Shown: piece after piece, positions 17,725 to 26,700 of the stretch
Numbering within the stretch: the first letter of the stretch is position 1
Layout of the letters: each line of letters opens with the position of its first letter
DNA from: an uncultured Oscillospiraceae bacterium
GTDB lineage: Bacteria; Bacillota; Clostridia; Oscillospirales; Oscillospiraceae
Reading direction: 5' to 3'
Length of the DNA: 55,075 bases
Assembly: GCA_964516625.1 (NCBI GenBank)
Contig: CAZEXC010000001.1
Span: 1-55,075 of the forward strand
Program-made: the position numbers and the translations under genes
The notes under the pieces: model-generated
Told to the model about the DNA's origin: nothing
The model's input: the letters and a program-made list of their open reading frames with translations, nothing else
Database searches by the model: none

Positions 17725-18013
17725 AAAAATAAAAATCCCGTCCCAGCATTCTTCTTGCTGGGACAGGATAGAAAACCTTCCTGCGGTGCCACCCGGCTTG
17801 GCGCTTCCGCGCCCGCTTTGTCCGTACTGTCATACGGCGGCTTTGATAACGGAGCGCCTCTCCGTCGCACATAGGGCGGCGTCCGCCGCCTTCCGATTGC
17901 CCTCCGAAGTCCATTCGCACGGTCTCGTCTGTGCCCCGCTCTCAGCGCTGCGCGGCTCTCTGTGACAGCCATAGGCCGGTTACTTGCTCTTCTTCAACGG
18001 TTTCTATGAAATT
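17725..18013 (-). promoter_or_regulatory. T-box riboswitch leader, tryptophan-specific (specifier TGG)
   Basis: Minus-strand elements are CCGTTGAAGAAGAGCAAGTA, CACAGAGAG and GCTGAGAGCGG. The specifier context is GAA-TGG-A (TGG = 17911..17913 complement). The T-box core is CCGGGTGGCACCGCAG (17781..17796). The terminator is GTCCCAGCA-loop-TGCTGGGAC followed by GGGATTTTTATTTTT. Confidence 0.85.
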
Positions 18014-18019
18014 GATTGC

Positions 18020-18048
18020 ATTCTAAACCTTTACTGTGCTGAAGTCAA
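18020..18048 (-). promoter_or_regulatory. Sigma-A type promoter of the T-box/ABC importer operon
   Basis: The minus strand reads TTGACT-17 nt-TAGAAT directly upstream of the leader. Confidence 0.6.
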
Positions 18049-18092
18049 GCCCTTTTTCAAATTTTGCGCGATTTTTTCTCCGCGCCCGGCCC

Positions 18093-18121
18093 TTGACGGC
18101 CCTGCGGGAAACCGTTACAAT
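18093..18121 (+). promoter_or_regulatory. Sigma-A type promoter of alaX (divergent from the T-box promoter)
   Basis: TTGACG-17 nt-TACAAT, 38 nt upstream of ATG 18160. Confidence 0.5.
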
Positions 18122-18159
18122 CATATTATACTCTTTTCGACAAGCCGGGGACACAGCCG

Positions 18160-19305
18160 ATGAAAACAGAAAAGCTCTATTACGAAAACGCCTACACCCG
18201 AGCCTTCGAGGCCCGCGTCCTGTCCTGCGAGGCGGCGGGGGACGGCTGGGCTGTGACGCTCGACAGGACGGCCTTTTTCCCCGAGGAGGGCGGCCAGACC
18301 GCCGATACCGGCGCGCTTGGATCCGTCCGTGTGAAAAACGTCCGCGAGGACGGCGGCGTCATCCGCCACCTGACGGACGGCCCCCTTCCCGCGGGCGAAA
18401 CGGTCGCGGGGCAGATAGACTGGGCCGAACGGTTTCGGAAGATGCAGAACCATACCGGGGAGCATATCGTCTCCGGCCTTGTCCACGCCCGCTACGGCTA
18501 TGAAAACATCGGCTTCCATCTGGGCGCGTGCGGGTTCACGTTCGATTTTGACGGGGAGCTGACCCGCGCCCAGCTCGACGAAATCGAAGACGCGGCAAAC
18601 GCCGCCGTGTGGGAAAACCGGGCCGTTACAGCGAGCTTTCCCGCGCCGGACGAGCTCGCCGCCATGGAATACCGCAGCAAGCTCGATCTGCGCGAGGACG
18701 TCCGCATCGTTACGATAGAGGGCATAGACCGCTGCGCCTGCTGCGCGCCCCATGTGGCCCGCACGGGGGAGGTCGGCGTCATAAAGCTCCTCGATTTCAT
18801 GCGTCACAGAGGCGGGCTGCGCGTATGGGCCAAGTGCGGCGCTGACGCGCTGACGGACTACCGCGGCCGGTACGCCGCCTCCGCCGCCATTTCCGGGCTG
18901 CTCAACACGCCGCAGGAGGACATCGTCCCCGGCGTGGAAAGGCTCGTCGCCCGGCGGGAGGAGGCCGAGCGCGCGCTTTCCGCCGCGAAGCTTGCGGCGC
19001 TCCGGGAGCGGGCCGACGCGCTGGCCGCGACGGAGGGGGATATGCTCCTTTTCGCCGACGCGGACGAGGCGGGCCTGCGCCTTCTGGCAAACGCGGGCAT
19101 GGAAAAATGCGGCGGCGTCTGCGCCGTTTTTTCCGGCGCGGATCGGGACTATCGCTTCGTCATGGCGAGCCGGACGCGGGACATGCGCGCCTTTGCAAAG
19201 CAGATACGGGAGCCGTTGAACGCCCGGGGCGGCGGGCGGGAGCGGATGATCTCCGGCCGGTGCGCCGCCTCGGAGGCGGAGCTCCGCGCGTTTTTCGGCG
19301 TCTGA
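18160..19305 (+). CDS. alaX: Alanyl-tRNA editing protein AlaX-L (Ser-tRNA(Ala) deacylase with DHHA1 domain)
   Basis: 381-aa ORF with N-terminus KLYYENAYTRAFEARV, the HTGEHIVSG and CCAPHV zinc/editing motifs of the tRNA_SAD domain, and a C-terminal DHHA1-like GGGR segment. Confidence 0.85.
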   Translation: MKTEKLYYENAYTRAFEARVLSCEAAGDGWAVTLDRTAFFPEEGGQTADTGALGSVRVKNVREDGGVIRHLTDGPLPAGETVAGQIDWAERFRKMQNHTGEHIVSGLVHARYGYENIGFHLGACGFTFDFDGELTRAQLDEIEDAANAAVWENRAVTASFPAPDELAAMEYRSKLDLREDVRIVTIEGIDRCACCAPHVARTGEVGVIKLLDFMRHRGGLRVWAKCGADALTDYRGRYAASAAISGLLNTPQEDIVPGVERLVARREEAERALSAAKLAALRERADALAATEGDMLLFADADEAGLRLLANAGMEKCGGVCAVFSGADRDYRFVMASRTRDMRAFAKQIREPLNARGGGRERMISGRCAASEAELRAFFGV

Positions 19306-19320
19306 ACGTATTATAAAAAG

Positions 19321-19356
19321 TCCTGCCGCGCGGTCAGTGCGCGGCAGGATTTTTTT
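19321..19356. terminator. Bidirectional intrinsic terminator between alaX and the decarboxylase gene
   Basis: 11-bp stem TCCTGCCGCGC...GCGCGGCAGGA, followed by TTTTTTT on the plus strand and CTTTTTATAA on the minus strand. Confidence 0.8.
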
Positions 19357-19362
19357 GCTGTT

Positions 19363-20769
19363 TTACGGCTCCGCGACGACGGCAAGCTCCGTGACGCCGT
19401 AATACCGGCAGAGCGCCAGAACCTCCTCCGTTATCTGCTCCCCGCTGACGGCGATCGGGATGGCGGGCGGGCAGGATACCGCCGGAGCGGCGCATATCCT
19501 CCCCAGCGTCTGCCCGAGGGGGAGCGTGACGCTGCGGGAAAGCAGCGCCTCCCGGATGGACATCCTCTGCACAGGCGCGGGATACGGCGGGACGCGGACG
19601 CCTTCGGACGCCGCTTGTCCCTCCGGCAGACTGCCGGCCGCGGCCAGGAGCCTGTCCCAATCCTCCTGTGTGTTTTCGGGCGTGAACATGAAAACGACGC
19701 TGTCCCTGTCGGCATACTCGCACTCTATATGGAAGCGCCGGAAATGCGCGGCCAGACCGTACCCGCCGGAGCCGCTCTCCCGTCCCGCGTCCGTCCCGGC
19801 CGTTTGGAACACCAGACGCAGCGGGTCCGTATCCGGCCGCAGACAGGGATCTGTTTTCCGGCCGGCCTCCGCCCTCCGGCAAAGATCCTCTCTCCGCCGG
19901 ACGGCCGCGGCGAGCTTTTCGGGATAGCCGCCGGCAAGATACGCGTTGCAGCGGTCAAGCGATTGCAGCAGCAGATAGGACGGGCTGGTCGAGCCGAACA
20001 GGGAGAGGGCGCTCCGGGCCTGCTCCCCGTAAGGATAAAGGCTCCCGCGGCCGATATGCAGATAGGCGCAGCCGGTCAGCGCCGGGAGCGTCTTGTGCGC
20101 GGAGTCGCAGCACATATCGGCTCCCAGATCGAGAGGGTGAAGGGAGGACGGGAGAAACTTCAGATAGGCCCCGTGGGCGTTATCGACCAGAAGCGGCAGA
20201 CCGAAGCTGTGGCACACCTGCGCCAGAGCGCCGATATCCTGCATCCCGCCCAGATAGTCCGGGGAGGTCACGAACACCGCGAAGGGGCGCTCCTTTTCGG
20301 ATTCCTCCGCCGAAAACAGCTCCGAGAGCTCCTGCCGGAGCTGTTCCGGCGCGACCGGGCAGGAGCAGAGAGACCCGGGCTCGGACGGCCGGAGCCAGGT
20401 GACGGACAGATCCAGAAACGCGCAGGCGGACAGAAACGACCTGTGGACGTTCCGCGCGGCCAGAACGCGGCGTCCCTGCCCGTCCGCGCGGTACAGCCAC
20501 GCCAGATAAAGCATGGCGCGAAGACATTGAGACGATCCTCCCGTGGCGTAAAAGGTGTGCCGGCTCTCAAACAGCGCGGAGGCGTTGTTTTCGCTTTCCA
20601 GAATGATGCCCTCCCCGCGGGCCAGATCGTCCGCCCCGCAGATCTCCGTGATGTCCCACGGCTCGCAGCCGAGGAAGGAAACGCCCTTATGCCCGGGCAT
20701 ATGGAAGCGGGAAAAACGGCTCTCCCGGTATTTTTCCACAAAATCACAGACGGGCGTGGTGATTTCCAT
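19363..20769 (-). CDS. PLP-dependent Orn/Lys/Arg decarboxylase-family protein (YaaO-like)
   Basis: 468-aa ORF with N-terminal FHMPGHKG and the PLP-lysine motif DSAHKTLPALTG. Its RBS AAGGAGA lies 23 nt after the maturase stop. Confidence 0.85.
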   Translation of the reverse strand: MEITTPVCDFVEKYRESRFSRFHMPGHKGVSFLGCEPWDITEICGADDLARGEGIILESENNASALFESRHTFYATGGSSQCLRAMLYLAWLYRADGQGRRVLAARNVHRSFLSACAFLDLSVTWLRPSEPGSLCSCPVAPEQLRQELSELFSAEESEKERPFAVFVTSPDYLGGMQDIGALAQVCHSFGLPLLVDNAHGAYLKFLPSSLHPLDLGADMCCDSAHKTLPALTGCAYLHIGRGSLYPYGEQARSALSLFGSTSPSYLLLQSLDRCNAYLAGGYPEKLAAAVRRREDLCRRAEAGRKTDPCLRPDTDPLRLVFQTAGTDAGRESGSGGYGLAAHFRRFHIECEYADRDSVVFMFTPENTQEDWDRLLAAAGSLPEGQAASEGVRVPPYPAPVQRMSIREALLSRSVTLPLGQTLGRICAAPAVSCPPAIPIAVSGEQITEEVLALCRYYGVTELAVVAEP

Positions 20770-20792
20770 GACCGGCTATCTCCTTTTCTCCG

Positions 20793-22181
20793 TTACCCTT
20801 CTCCGCCGCAATCTTCCGCCAGCGCCGCCTGAAGCATGATCGCGCATTCTATCCTCTTCCGAAACAGGCGGCAGCCGTAATCATAAACGCCCCGGACGCT
20901 GCCGGAGGCGTGATAGGCGTTGGCGGCGCATCCGCCCGCGCAGTAAAGCTGCGCCCAGCACTCCCGGCATTCCGGCCGGGCGTAGGCGTTGCAGGAGCGA
21001 AATTCGTCCTGTACCTCCGGGCGCGTCACGCCGTCCCAGATGTTTCCGAGGCAAAATTCCGGCTCGCCCACGAACTGATGGCACGGGAACAGCTCGCCCC
21101 GGGGCGTGACGGCCATGTATTCCGTGCCGGAGCCGCAGCCGGAGACCCGCTTATAGATGCAGGGGCCGTGCTTCAGATCCAGATTGTAATGGTAGAACGA
21201 AAAGCCCCGTCCCTCTTTTTCACGCCTTGCCATTTCCTCCGCCAGAAGCTCGTACTGCCGGAAAAGCGCCGGCAGATCCTCCTCCGTAAGCGCCTGTGGC
21301 TCGGACGGGCCGCACACGACCGGCTCCATGCTCAGCTGGGTAAAGCCCAGATCGGCCATGTGCAGGATGTCGTTTACAAAATCGGTGTTGTAGTGCGTGA
21401 AGGTGCCCCGTATGTAATAGCTTTTTTCCCCGCGCCGCCGTACAAATTCCTGAAATTTCGGCACGACGGTATCGTAGCTTCCCTGCCCGCTGCGGGTGAC
21501 GCGGAAGCGGTCGTGTACCTCCCGCCGCCCGTCCAGAGACAGGACGACGTTGTGCATTTCGCGGTTTGCAAAGTCCATCACGTCGTCGTTCAGTCTGACG
21601 CCGTTCGTCGTCAGCGTGAATCGGAATTTTTTGTGGTGCGCCGCCTCCAGCGAGCGGCCATAGGCGACGAGCTCCTTGACGACCTCCCAGTTCATAAGCG
21701 GTTCCCCGCCGAAAAAGTCCACCTCGAGGTTCGTCCTCCCGCCGGAATGGGCGATCAGGAAATCCAGCGCCTGCTTCCCCGTCTCAAGGGACATCAGGGC
21801 GCTCTCCCCGTGATACCGCCCCTGACCCGCGAAGCAGTAGCCGCACGCCAGATCGCAGGTGTGCGCCACATGCAGGCACAGCGCCTTTATCACCCGGCTG
21901 TTGTTTTTATAGTCGAACGCGAGACCCTCGTAGGTGTCCGGCGTGAACAGCTTTCCTTCCCGCTTCAGCGTTTCCAGATCGGCATAGCATTCGGCAAGCT
22001 CCTTTTCCGTCACGTCCGGCCTTTCGCCGTATCGGGCAAGCAGCTCCGAGACGATCTCCTCCCGGCTCTTCTTCCCGTACAGGGCTATCATGTCGTAGGC
22101 CACGTCGTCCACCACATGGACCGAGCCGCTGCATGTATCGAGCACGATATTGTATCCGTTCAACTGGTACTGGTGTATCAT
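20793..22181 (-). CDS. Radical SAM/SPASM thioether-forming SCIFF peptide maturase
   Basis: The ORF-track entry 20793..22367 was trimmed to MIHQYQLNGYNIVLDTCSGSVHVVD (462 aa). It has the CxxxCxxC cluster (CDLACGYC) and a Cys-rich C-terminal SPASM region, directly downstream of a SCIFF precursor gene. Confidence 0.88.
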   Translation of the reverse strand: MIHQYQLNGYNIVLDTCSGSVHVVDDVAYDMIALYGKKSREEIVSELLARYGERPDVTEKELAECYADLETLKREGKLFTPDTYEGLAFDYKNNSRVIKALCLHVAHTCDLACGYCFAGQGRYHGESALMSLETGKQALDFLIAHSGGRTNLEVDFFGGEPLMNWEVVKELVAYGRSLEAAHHKKFRFTLTTNGVRLNDDVMDFANREMHNVVLSLDGRREVHDRFRVTRSGQGSYDTVVPKFQEFVRRRGEKSYYIRGTFTHYNTDFVNDILHMADLGFTQLSMEPVVCGPSEPQALTEEDLPALFRQYELLAEEMARREKEGRGFSFYHYNLDLKHGPCIYKRVSGCGSGTEYMAVTPRGELFPCHQFVGEPEFCLGNIWDGVTRPEVQDEFRSCNAYARPECRECWAQLYCAGGCAANAYHASGSVRGVYDYGCRLFRKRIECAIMLQAALAEDCGGEG

Positions 22182-22279
22182 GGGACAGCGTCTTTCCTTT
22201 CCCTTTTTCCATGGAAAATGCCGCTTGCGTGACCAAGCGGCATTTCGTGGATCTGTTTTCGCGTTCCGGGCCCCGCGCC

Positions 22280-22426
22280 TTACTTCCTGCCGTTTTCGCA
22301 GGGCTGGTTGGCGACGCCGCAGGAGGTCTTGCAGGCGGACTGGCAGGAGGTCTGGCACTCGCCGCATCCGCCGTTTTCGGCGCTCCGGCGCAGATCGCGC
22401 GTCTCGATCGTTTTGATTCGCTTCAT
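22280..22426 (-). CDS. SCIFF (six-cysteines-in-forty-five) ribosomal peptide precursor, 48 aa
   Basis: Not in the ORF track (too short). My translation is MKRIKTIETRDLRRSAENGGCGECQTSCQSACKTSCGVANQPCENGRK. The GGCGECQTSCQSACKTSC core is the family hallmark, and RBS GGGAGA lies 7 nt upstream. Confidence 0.88.
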   Translation of the reverse strand: MKRIKTIETRDLRRSAENGGCGECQTSCQSACKTSCGVANQPCENGRK

Positions 22427-22469
22427 TTTCTGGTCTCCCATGTGTCTGATTTTATTGGCATTTTATCAA

Positions 22470-22498
22470 AGTATATATCAGGAAAATAAGATTGTCAA
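22470..22498 (-). promoter_or_regulatory. Sigma-A type promoter of the SCIFF operon
   Basis: The minus strand reads TTGACA-17 nt-TATACT, about 45 nt upstream of the SCIFF ATG. Confidence 0.6.
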
Positions 22499-22530
22499 GC
22501 CAGGCCGCGTCCGCGCCGCTCTTTTCCCGC

Positions 22531-23700
22531 TCAGGAGAACAGCTCCTGAAGCGTAAGGCTCCCGAAGTCCTCGGCCCACGCCCGCTCCGCGGAAGCTATC
22601 CAGCCGTCCTCCCCGTTTATCAGGTCGGAATAGGACTGCCAGGCGGCGTAATACCGCAGGGTGTACATCGTGCCGGAGGACTCGTCGTAATATACGCCGG
22701 AGTCCGGCTCGATGGGAACGCGCATGACGACCGCCGTCCCGCCGTCGATGGAAACGGCGGCGTACTCGTATTCCTCCAGCTCCAGCGCCGCCTGATAAAC
22801 GGCGTCGTCCACATCTCCCTCATAGACGCTCCTGCCGCCTTCATTATAAACGTCCAGAGCGTTTTCCTCGTTATATTCAGCGTACAGCTCGTCGAAGGCC
22901 GCGGACGGGTCTGCGGCGGCGTCCAGCGCGGCGAGGATATCCACCGCGCGGGCATCGACGGCGCCCTCCTCGTCCCCGCTTTCCTCGTCCGTCTCGTCGC
23001 TGTAAAGATATATCTGCTTTATCTGGACGTACTGCGTCCAGCTTCCGTCCGGGTCTCCCCCGGCGTAGGCCGTCACGTCCGCGTCCGACAGCTTGCTTCC
23101 GAATGAGCCGTAGAGCGTTTCAAAGCCGTCGTAGGCGTACAGCGCGTCCACCTGATTGTACCACGACCACAGCTCCTCCGTGCAGTACATGCTTTCAAGA
23201 TACTCGGCAAAGGCCTCCTCGTCGCCGTCAAAGTTCTCGTCGATGGCGCTCTGGCGCATATTCTCCACCGCGTCCAGCGCGTCTTTCCCCAGAACAGCGC
23301 CGGCATCGGTGAGGTTTTTGTGCACGGCGTGGTACTGCACGATGGTGTTGACGGCGTTTTGCAGCACGAGCGCGCCGTAGGTGACGGGGGAGCCGTCCTC
23401 GTCGGTATACGCCGCGCTGGTCTGATCCCAGCTCGTTATCGTCGTGCCGTCTGTCGCGGCGGCAAGCTCCTTGAAGTATTTTATCTGGTAGAAGAACTCC
23501 CGCCAGGTGACGTCCTCGCCGTCCACCGTGCAAACGACATAGTCCGGGTCATACTTCGCCCACGCCGCGTCGAAATCCAGCGCCTCGGAAGCGGCTCCTT
23601 CGGCGGTATCGTAAGCCTCCACATACGTCCCGCCGCAGGCGCACAGCGGCAGCAGGGCGGCGGCGGTCAACGCGAGCGCGAGTATTTTTTTCCGTTTCAT
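22531..23700 (-). CDS. Lipoprotein, SurA-N-terminal-like/PrsA-like chaperone candidate without an obvious parvulin domain
   Basis: 389-aa ORF with signal peptide plus lipobox (LLPLCACGG). The segment VCTVDGEDVTWREFFYQIKYF resembles SurA_N-type domains. A 4-nt ATGA overlap joins it to the mfd stop. The functional call is tentative. Confidence 0.6.
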   Translation of the reverse strand: MKRKKILALALTAAALLPLCACGGTYVEAYDTAEGAASEALDFDAAWAKYDPDYVVCTVDGEDVTWREFFYQIKYFKELAAATDGTTITSWDQTSAAYTDEDGSPVTYGALVLQNAVNTIVQYHAVHKNLTDAGAVLGKDALDAVENMRQSAIDENFDGDEEAFAEYLESMYCTEELWSWYNQVDALYAYDGFETLYGSFGSKLSDADVTAYAGGDPDGSWTQYVQIKQIYLYSDETDEESGDEEGAVDARAVDILAALDAAADPSAAFDELYAEYNEENALDVYNEGGRSVYEGDVDDAVYQAALELEEYEYAAVSIDGGTAVVMRVPIEPDSGVYYDESSGTMYTLRYYAAWQSYSDLINGEDGWIASAERAWAEDFGSLTLQELFS

Positions 23701-26700
23701 TGGTTCTCCTCCTTATGATTTTCCTCGCGGACGTGCGCGTATGCCTCCACAAAGGCGCGCGCCTCCTCTAATATACGCCGTTTTGACAAAAGCTTCAAGG
23801 CCACGGCGGGCTTCTGTCCCGCCTCCACCTTGACGCGCCCCTTCCATTCCTCCCGGGCGTACAGGGCGCTGACGCTCTCAAAATCAAAGGCGGAAAAGGC
23901 AAAGCGCACAAAGCCGCCCTTCTGGGAGATATCCGTTATGCCCGCGGCGGAGGCCTCGCCCCGCAGAAGCGCCACCTGCACCAGAGCGTTGACGCTCGGC
24001 GGAGGGTCCCCGAAGCGGTCGCATAGCTCGTCCGTTATGTCGTCCGCTTCCGCCTCCGACCGTATGAGGGCGATGCGGCGGTAAATATCCATACGCTGTT
24101 CCGGGCTTTTTATATACGTCTCCGGGATATTGGCGCTCACAGCCAGATCCGCCGCGCATTCCGTCCGCACGGGGGCCGCTTCGCCCTTTTCCTCCAAAAC
24201 GGCCTGCTCCAGAAGCTTCAGGTACATATCATAGCCCACATCTATCATATGGCCGGACTGCTCCGAGCCGAGAAGGTTCCCGGCGCCGCGTATCTCCAGA
24301 TCGCGCATGGCGATGCGGAAGCCGGAGTTGAACTGGGCAAATTCCCGTATGGCCTCCAGCCGCTTTTCGGCGACCTCCGTCAGTACCTTGTCCTTCCGAT
24401 AGGTCAAATATGCGCTGGCGCGGCGGGACGAGCGGCCGACGCGGCCCCGTATCTGGTGGAGCTGAGCAAGACCCATCCTGTCCGCGTCCTCGATGATGAG
24501 CGTGTTCACGTTCGGAATATCTATGCCCGTTTCTATGATGGTCGTGCATACCAGAACCTGCGTCTGTCCCTGAGAAACCTTTTCCATGACGGAGGAAAGC
24601 TCCGTCTCGTCCATGCGCCCGTGGGCCACGTCCACCGTAACGTCCGGCAAAAGCCGGAGTATCTGCGCGGCGGTGCGCTCGATGCTGTCGATGCGGTTGT
24701 GGAGGTAATACACCTGCCCGCCGCGGGAGACCTCCCGGCGTATGGCGTCGCACACGACGTCCCAGTCGTGCTCCATGACAAACGTCTGCACGGGGAGGCG
24801 GTCGCGGGGCGGCTCCTCCAGCGTGGACATGTCCCGGATGCCGGACAGCGCCATATTGAGCGTCCGCGGTATGGGCGTGGCGGACAGGGTAAGGACGTCC
24901 ACCTGCTTTGCCATTTCCTTGATATGCTCCTTGTGGCTGACGCCGAACCGCTGTTCCTCGTCCACGACGAGAAGCCCCAGCTTTTTGAACTTCACGTCCT
25001 TTTGCAGGAGCCGGTGGGTGCCGATAACGATGTCGCACGCGCCGCTTTGCAGCTCCGCAAGGGTGTTTTTCAGCCCCGCCGCCGTGGTGAACCGCGACAG
25101 GATGGATATTTTTACGGGAAAGCCGAAAAAGCGGCTGACGGCGGTCTGGTAATGCTGCTGGGCAAGGACGGTCGTCGGCGCCAGTATCGCGGCCTGATAT
25201 CCGTCGAGGACGCATTTCATCACCGCCCGGAGCGCGACCTCCGTTTTCCCGTAGCCCACGTCGCCGCAAAGGAGCCTGTCCATGGGAACGGGCTTTTCCA
25301 TGTCGTCCTTTATCTCCCGTATGCAGCGGAGCTGATCGTCCGTCTCCTCATATTCAAAATTTTCCTCGAACTCCCTCTGCCACGGCGAATCCGGCGCGAA
25401 AGCGTGACCGGGACTTTTCTGCCGGGCGGCATAAAGCCCTATGAGCTCCCCGGCCATCTCCTTGGCGGCGGCTTTCGCGCGGCGGCGCGCGTTCGACCAG
25501 TCCGAGCCGCCGAGACGGGACAGCTTTACCGGGCTGTCCTGTCCGGCGCCGATGTATTTCGTCACCATGTCGAGCTGCGTGGCCGGGACATACAGGCTGT
25601 CCGTCCCGGCGTAGCATATTTTGACATAGTCCTTTTCCACGCCGTCCACCGGCATTTTGAAAATACCGGCAAAGCGGCCTATCCCGTGGTTTTCGTGTAC
25701 TACGAGATCCCCCACCGAAAGATCCTCGTAGGAGGCAAGCCTTGCCCCGGCGGGCGCGGCCCTCTTTCTCCTTGCGGCGCGAAAGCCGGTTTTCATGATC
25801 TGCGTGTCCGTCAGGACGGCAAGCTTTATCTGCGGATATTCAAGGCCCGCGGAGAGAGCGCCGACGGAAATGACGCACCGTCCCGGCTCGGGAAGCGCTT
25901 CCGGCTTCTGCCGGAACTGCGCGCCGGAAATGCCCCGGGCCGCCAGCAGCTCCTCCATGGCGGCGCCCCGGCGGGCGTCGCCCGTCAGCACCACGCAGCG
26001 ATACCCCTCGCCCAGCCAGTGCTTTACGTCCTCCGCCGCCGCGTCGGCGCTGCCGGCATAGGAGGGAAGCTGCTTTGCCGTGACGGCCATCGTGGAGCGC
26101 GGCTCCATGGGATAGCGCCCAATGGTAAACGAGTCGGCCATGATAACGGGAAAGTCCTTCAGCCGCCCGACAGCGTCCTCCCAGGATATGTAAAACTCCG
26201 CGATGCGGCCCGGCACCGTCCCGCCCTCCACAAGAAGGCGTATATCCTCCGCCGCCTGCTTCAGGAAGGCCTTTGCCCGCTCGGCGCATTTGCCGGGCTG
26301 CTCCATAACGACAAGGGCGTTTTGCGGGATATAGTCCGCCGCCGTGGCCACAGACGGGTAAATAAGCGCCATATACCGATCCGCCGCGGTGAGCGCGCCG
26401 GTGTTTTCCAGCGTTTCCGCGTCCTTCTCTATCGTCCGGCGGAGTTTTTTCGCGTCGAAGCGGGCGGCGTTCATATTGATGCGGGAGGACAGGGCTCTCA
26501 AATTTCCTGTCAGCGCCGCGCGGCCTCCCTCGCTCAGCGCCGGGAGCGTCTCCGCTCCCGGCAGGATGCGGAGGCTTTCCACCGCCTCCGTCCGCCGCTG
26601 GCTGGACGGGTCGAAGGCGTGTATCGTCTCGATCTCGTCGCCGAAAAAATCCAGACGGCAGGGCGTTTCCGATCCTGCGGACCAGATATCCAGAATGCCG

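Noticed and set aside
17609-17920. N-terminal 104-aa extension of the substrate-binding protein ORF (16517..17920), including an in-frame MENASF... start.
   Set aside because: This stretch is the T-box leader and its terminator. The lipoprotein signal peptide and a good RBS begin at 17608.
22182-22367. 62-aa N-terminal extension of the radical SAM maturase ORF.
   Set aside because: It overlaps the SCIFF gene in a different frame and has no RBS. The conserved maturase N-terminus MIHQYQLNGY starts at 22181.
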